Source: an uncultured virus (IMG/VR IMGVR_UViG_3300021092_000032) (lineage: Duplodnaviria > Heunggongvirae > Uroviricota > Caudoviricetes). Taken from it: a stretch of DNA of 64,000 nucleotides. This document shows, piece after piece, positions 62,990 to 64,000 of this stretch. Where the stretch lies: IMG/VR virus record IMGVR_UViG_3300021092_000032; one strand, 5' to 3'. The notes beneath the pieces were generated by a model that searched no databases, was not told where the DNA came from, and worked only from the letters and a program-made list of their open reading frames with translations. The position numbers and the translations under genes were made by a program. Position 1 is the first letter of the stretch. The number at the start of each line of letters is the position of its first letter.

Positions 62990-64000
62990 CTAGGTGAGGG
63001 TTTGATGGTGGCTCTGAACGAAACGATAAGTTGGGTTCCATGCTGCGTCATTGTTCGGGTCTGTCGGCAGCCAGGGTTGACCGTATTGATCAATCCATGG
63101 CTCCGTTGATGCCCAGCCATTTGCCACGCCAAGCATCCAATCTGTAGCCGCCCACCCAGCATATGGCCAGGGCTGGCTTCCTTCAGTCCAGGCGTCGGTG
63201 TCGTCGCCGGTCCAGTTACCAGCCTGCCAATCTGGCGTGTCGGCCGTGGTCCAGGCTTCGGTTTCTTCCCATGCAGCGAGCGTGAAGTGGCGGAACGATG
63301 TGTGGCTGCTGCGGGTGTGTTGCGAAGTGGCACCTGGCGCGGCCAGGGCTGCGCTGGCGTGGAAACGGTGGATGCCATCTGCATATCTGGAGTGGGCGCT
63401 TGCAATCTGCAGGCTCGTGGGGTTCCAGGCCACACGCTGCGCCCACAGATTGTCGTTCCAGAAGCCCGCTGCCCCTTGCGACCAGTAGTTTTCGGTCCAA
63501 GATGCAGCGCCCCAAACCTCGCCGCCGGTTGCCCAAGCCTCGGCTCCATCGCCGGCCCAGTTGGCCTGACTCCAGTCCGTGAACAGGAACCGGGCGATTT
63601 CTGTCTGGCTTGTGCGGGTGTGCTGTGAGGTTGCGAAGCCCTGGCGATTTTCGACCGGGCCGGCCGATGCAAAACTCCGCTCGTACCGCTGCTCTTCTGC
63701 AAACCCAAGGACAGCATTGCTGGAGCCCAGGGGGTCGCTGTCGGAGAGATATATACCTGCGCGAAGCTGCCGTCCAGCAAAACTTGAATACAGCGATTGC
63801 CAAGGCCCAGCATCTGCCCAGGTGGGGTGATGGTCCCAAACGGGAACGTCGGCCACATAATCGTTCCAGGCCAGCCCGTTCCATGCGTATGCATCCAGCC
63901 AGTGCGGCCGGCGTTGCGCTGCAATGGCCGGATCTGTTGTGCTGTCCCAGTTGCCGTCCGCCCATGTAATGAGGGTTTGCCAGGCAGGCCGAGCCACATC
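62990..64000 (-). CDS. C-terminal part of Trp-rich gpI-like protein (B), 5' end outside the window
   Basis: AGIYLSD..PLG.SN and W-x4-W repeats as in 15648..18311; syntenic. Confidence 0.72.
   Translation of the reverse strand, partial: DVARPAWQTLITWADGNWDSTTDPAIAAQRRPHWLDAYAWNGLAWNDYVADVPVWDHHPTWADAGPWQSLYSSFAGRQLRAGIYLSDSDPLGSSNAVLGFAEEQRYERSFASAGPVENRQGFATSQHTRTSQTEIARFLFTDWSQANWAGDGAEAWATGGEVWGAASWTENYWSQGAAGFWNDNLWAQRVAWNPTSLQIASAHSRYADGIHRFHASAALAAPGATSQHTRSSHTSFRHFTLAAWEETEAWTTADTPDWQAGNWTGDDTDAWTEGSQPWPYAGWAATDWMLGVANGWASTEPWIDQYGQPWLPTDPNNDAAWNPTYRFVQSHHQTLT

Noticed and set aside
62947..63999. Long alternative-frame and antisense ORFs (e.g. 62947..63999, 16823..17575, 36215..37105, 23481..24215)
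   Set aside because: Shadow ORFs overlapping well-supported genes in GC-rich DNA; no motifs and not conserved between modules.

Overview
Pure phage DNA (no host genes seen), most likely a picocyanobacterial myovirus lineage; the host is inferred from gene content and TAnnnT-only promoters. Positions ~209-46950 form one apparently complete ~46.7 kb phage unit. It has a minus-strand late operon ('A': PAAR, lysis, P2-like contractile tail and baseplate, lambda-like head, terminase). Next to terS is a ParB + P-loop kinase + TET/JBP dioxygenase + PRTase-like cluster. Then come a replication arm (P4-alpha-like primase-helicase with ori, VRR-NUC, SF2 helicase) and a divergent plus-strand arm (RecE/RecT-like pair, SSB, HTH regulators, small genes driven by six copies of an operator-promoter-hairpin cassette). 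From ~46900 a second, syntenic but diverged late module ('B') runs off the window end, with a different receptor-binding protein, tape-measure length and domain insertions. Bases 1-208 are an imperfect direct repeat of 46736-46953. They end in a junction fusing the 3' end of the B PAAR gene to the 3' end of a tyrosine integrase, and a second integrase stump lies at 46456. No intact integrase or CI-type repressor is visible. Helically phased GGAACCTCAN arrays occur in eight places, always oriented with transcription. All protein calls come from motif recognition and synteny by eye; no database searches were run.
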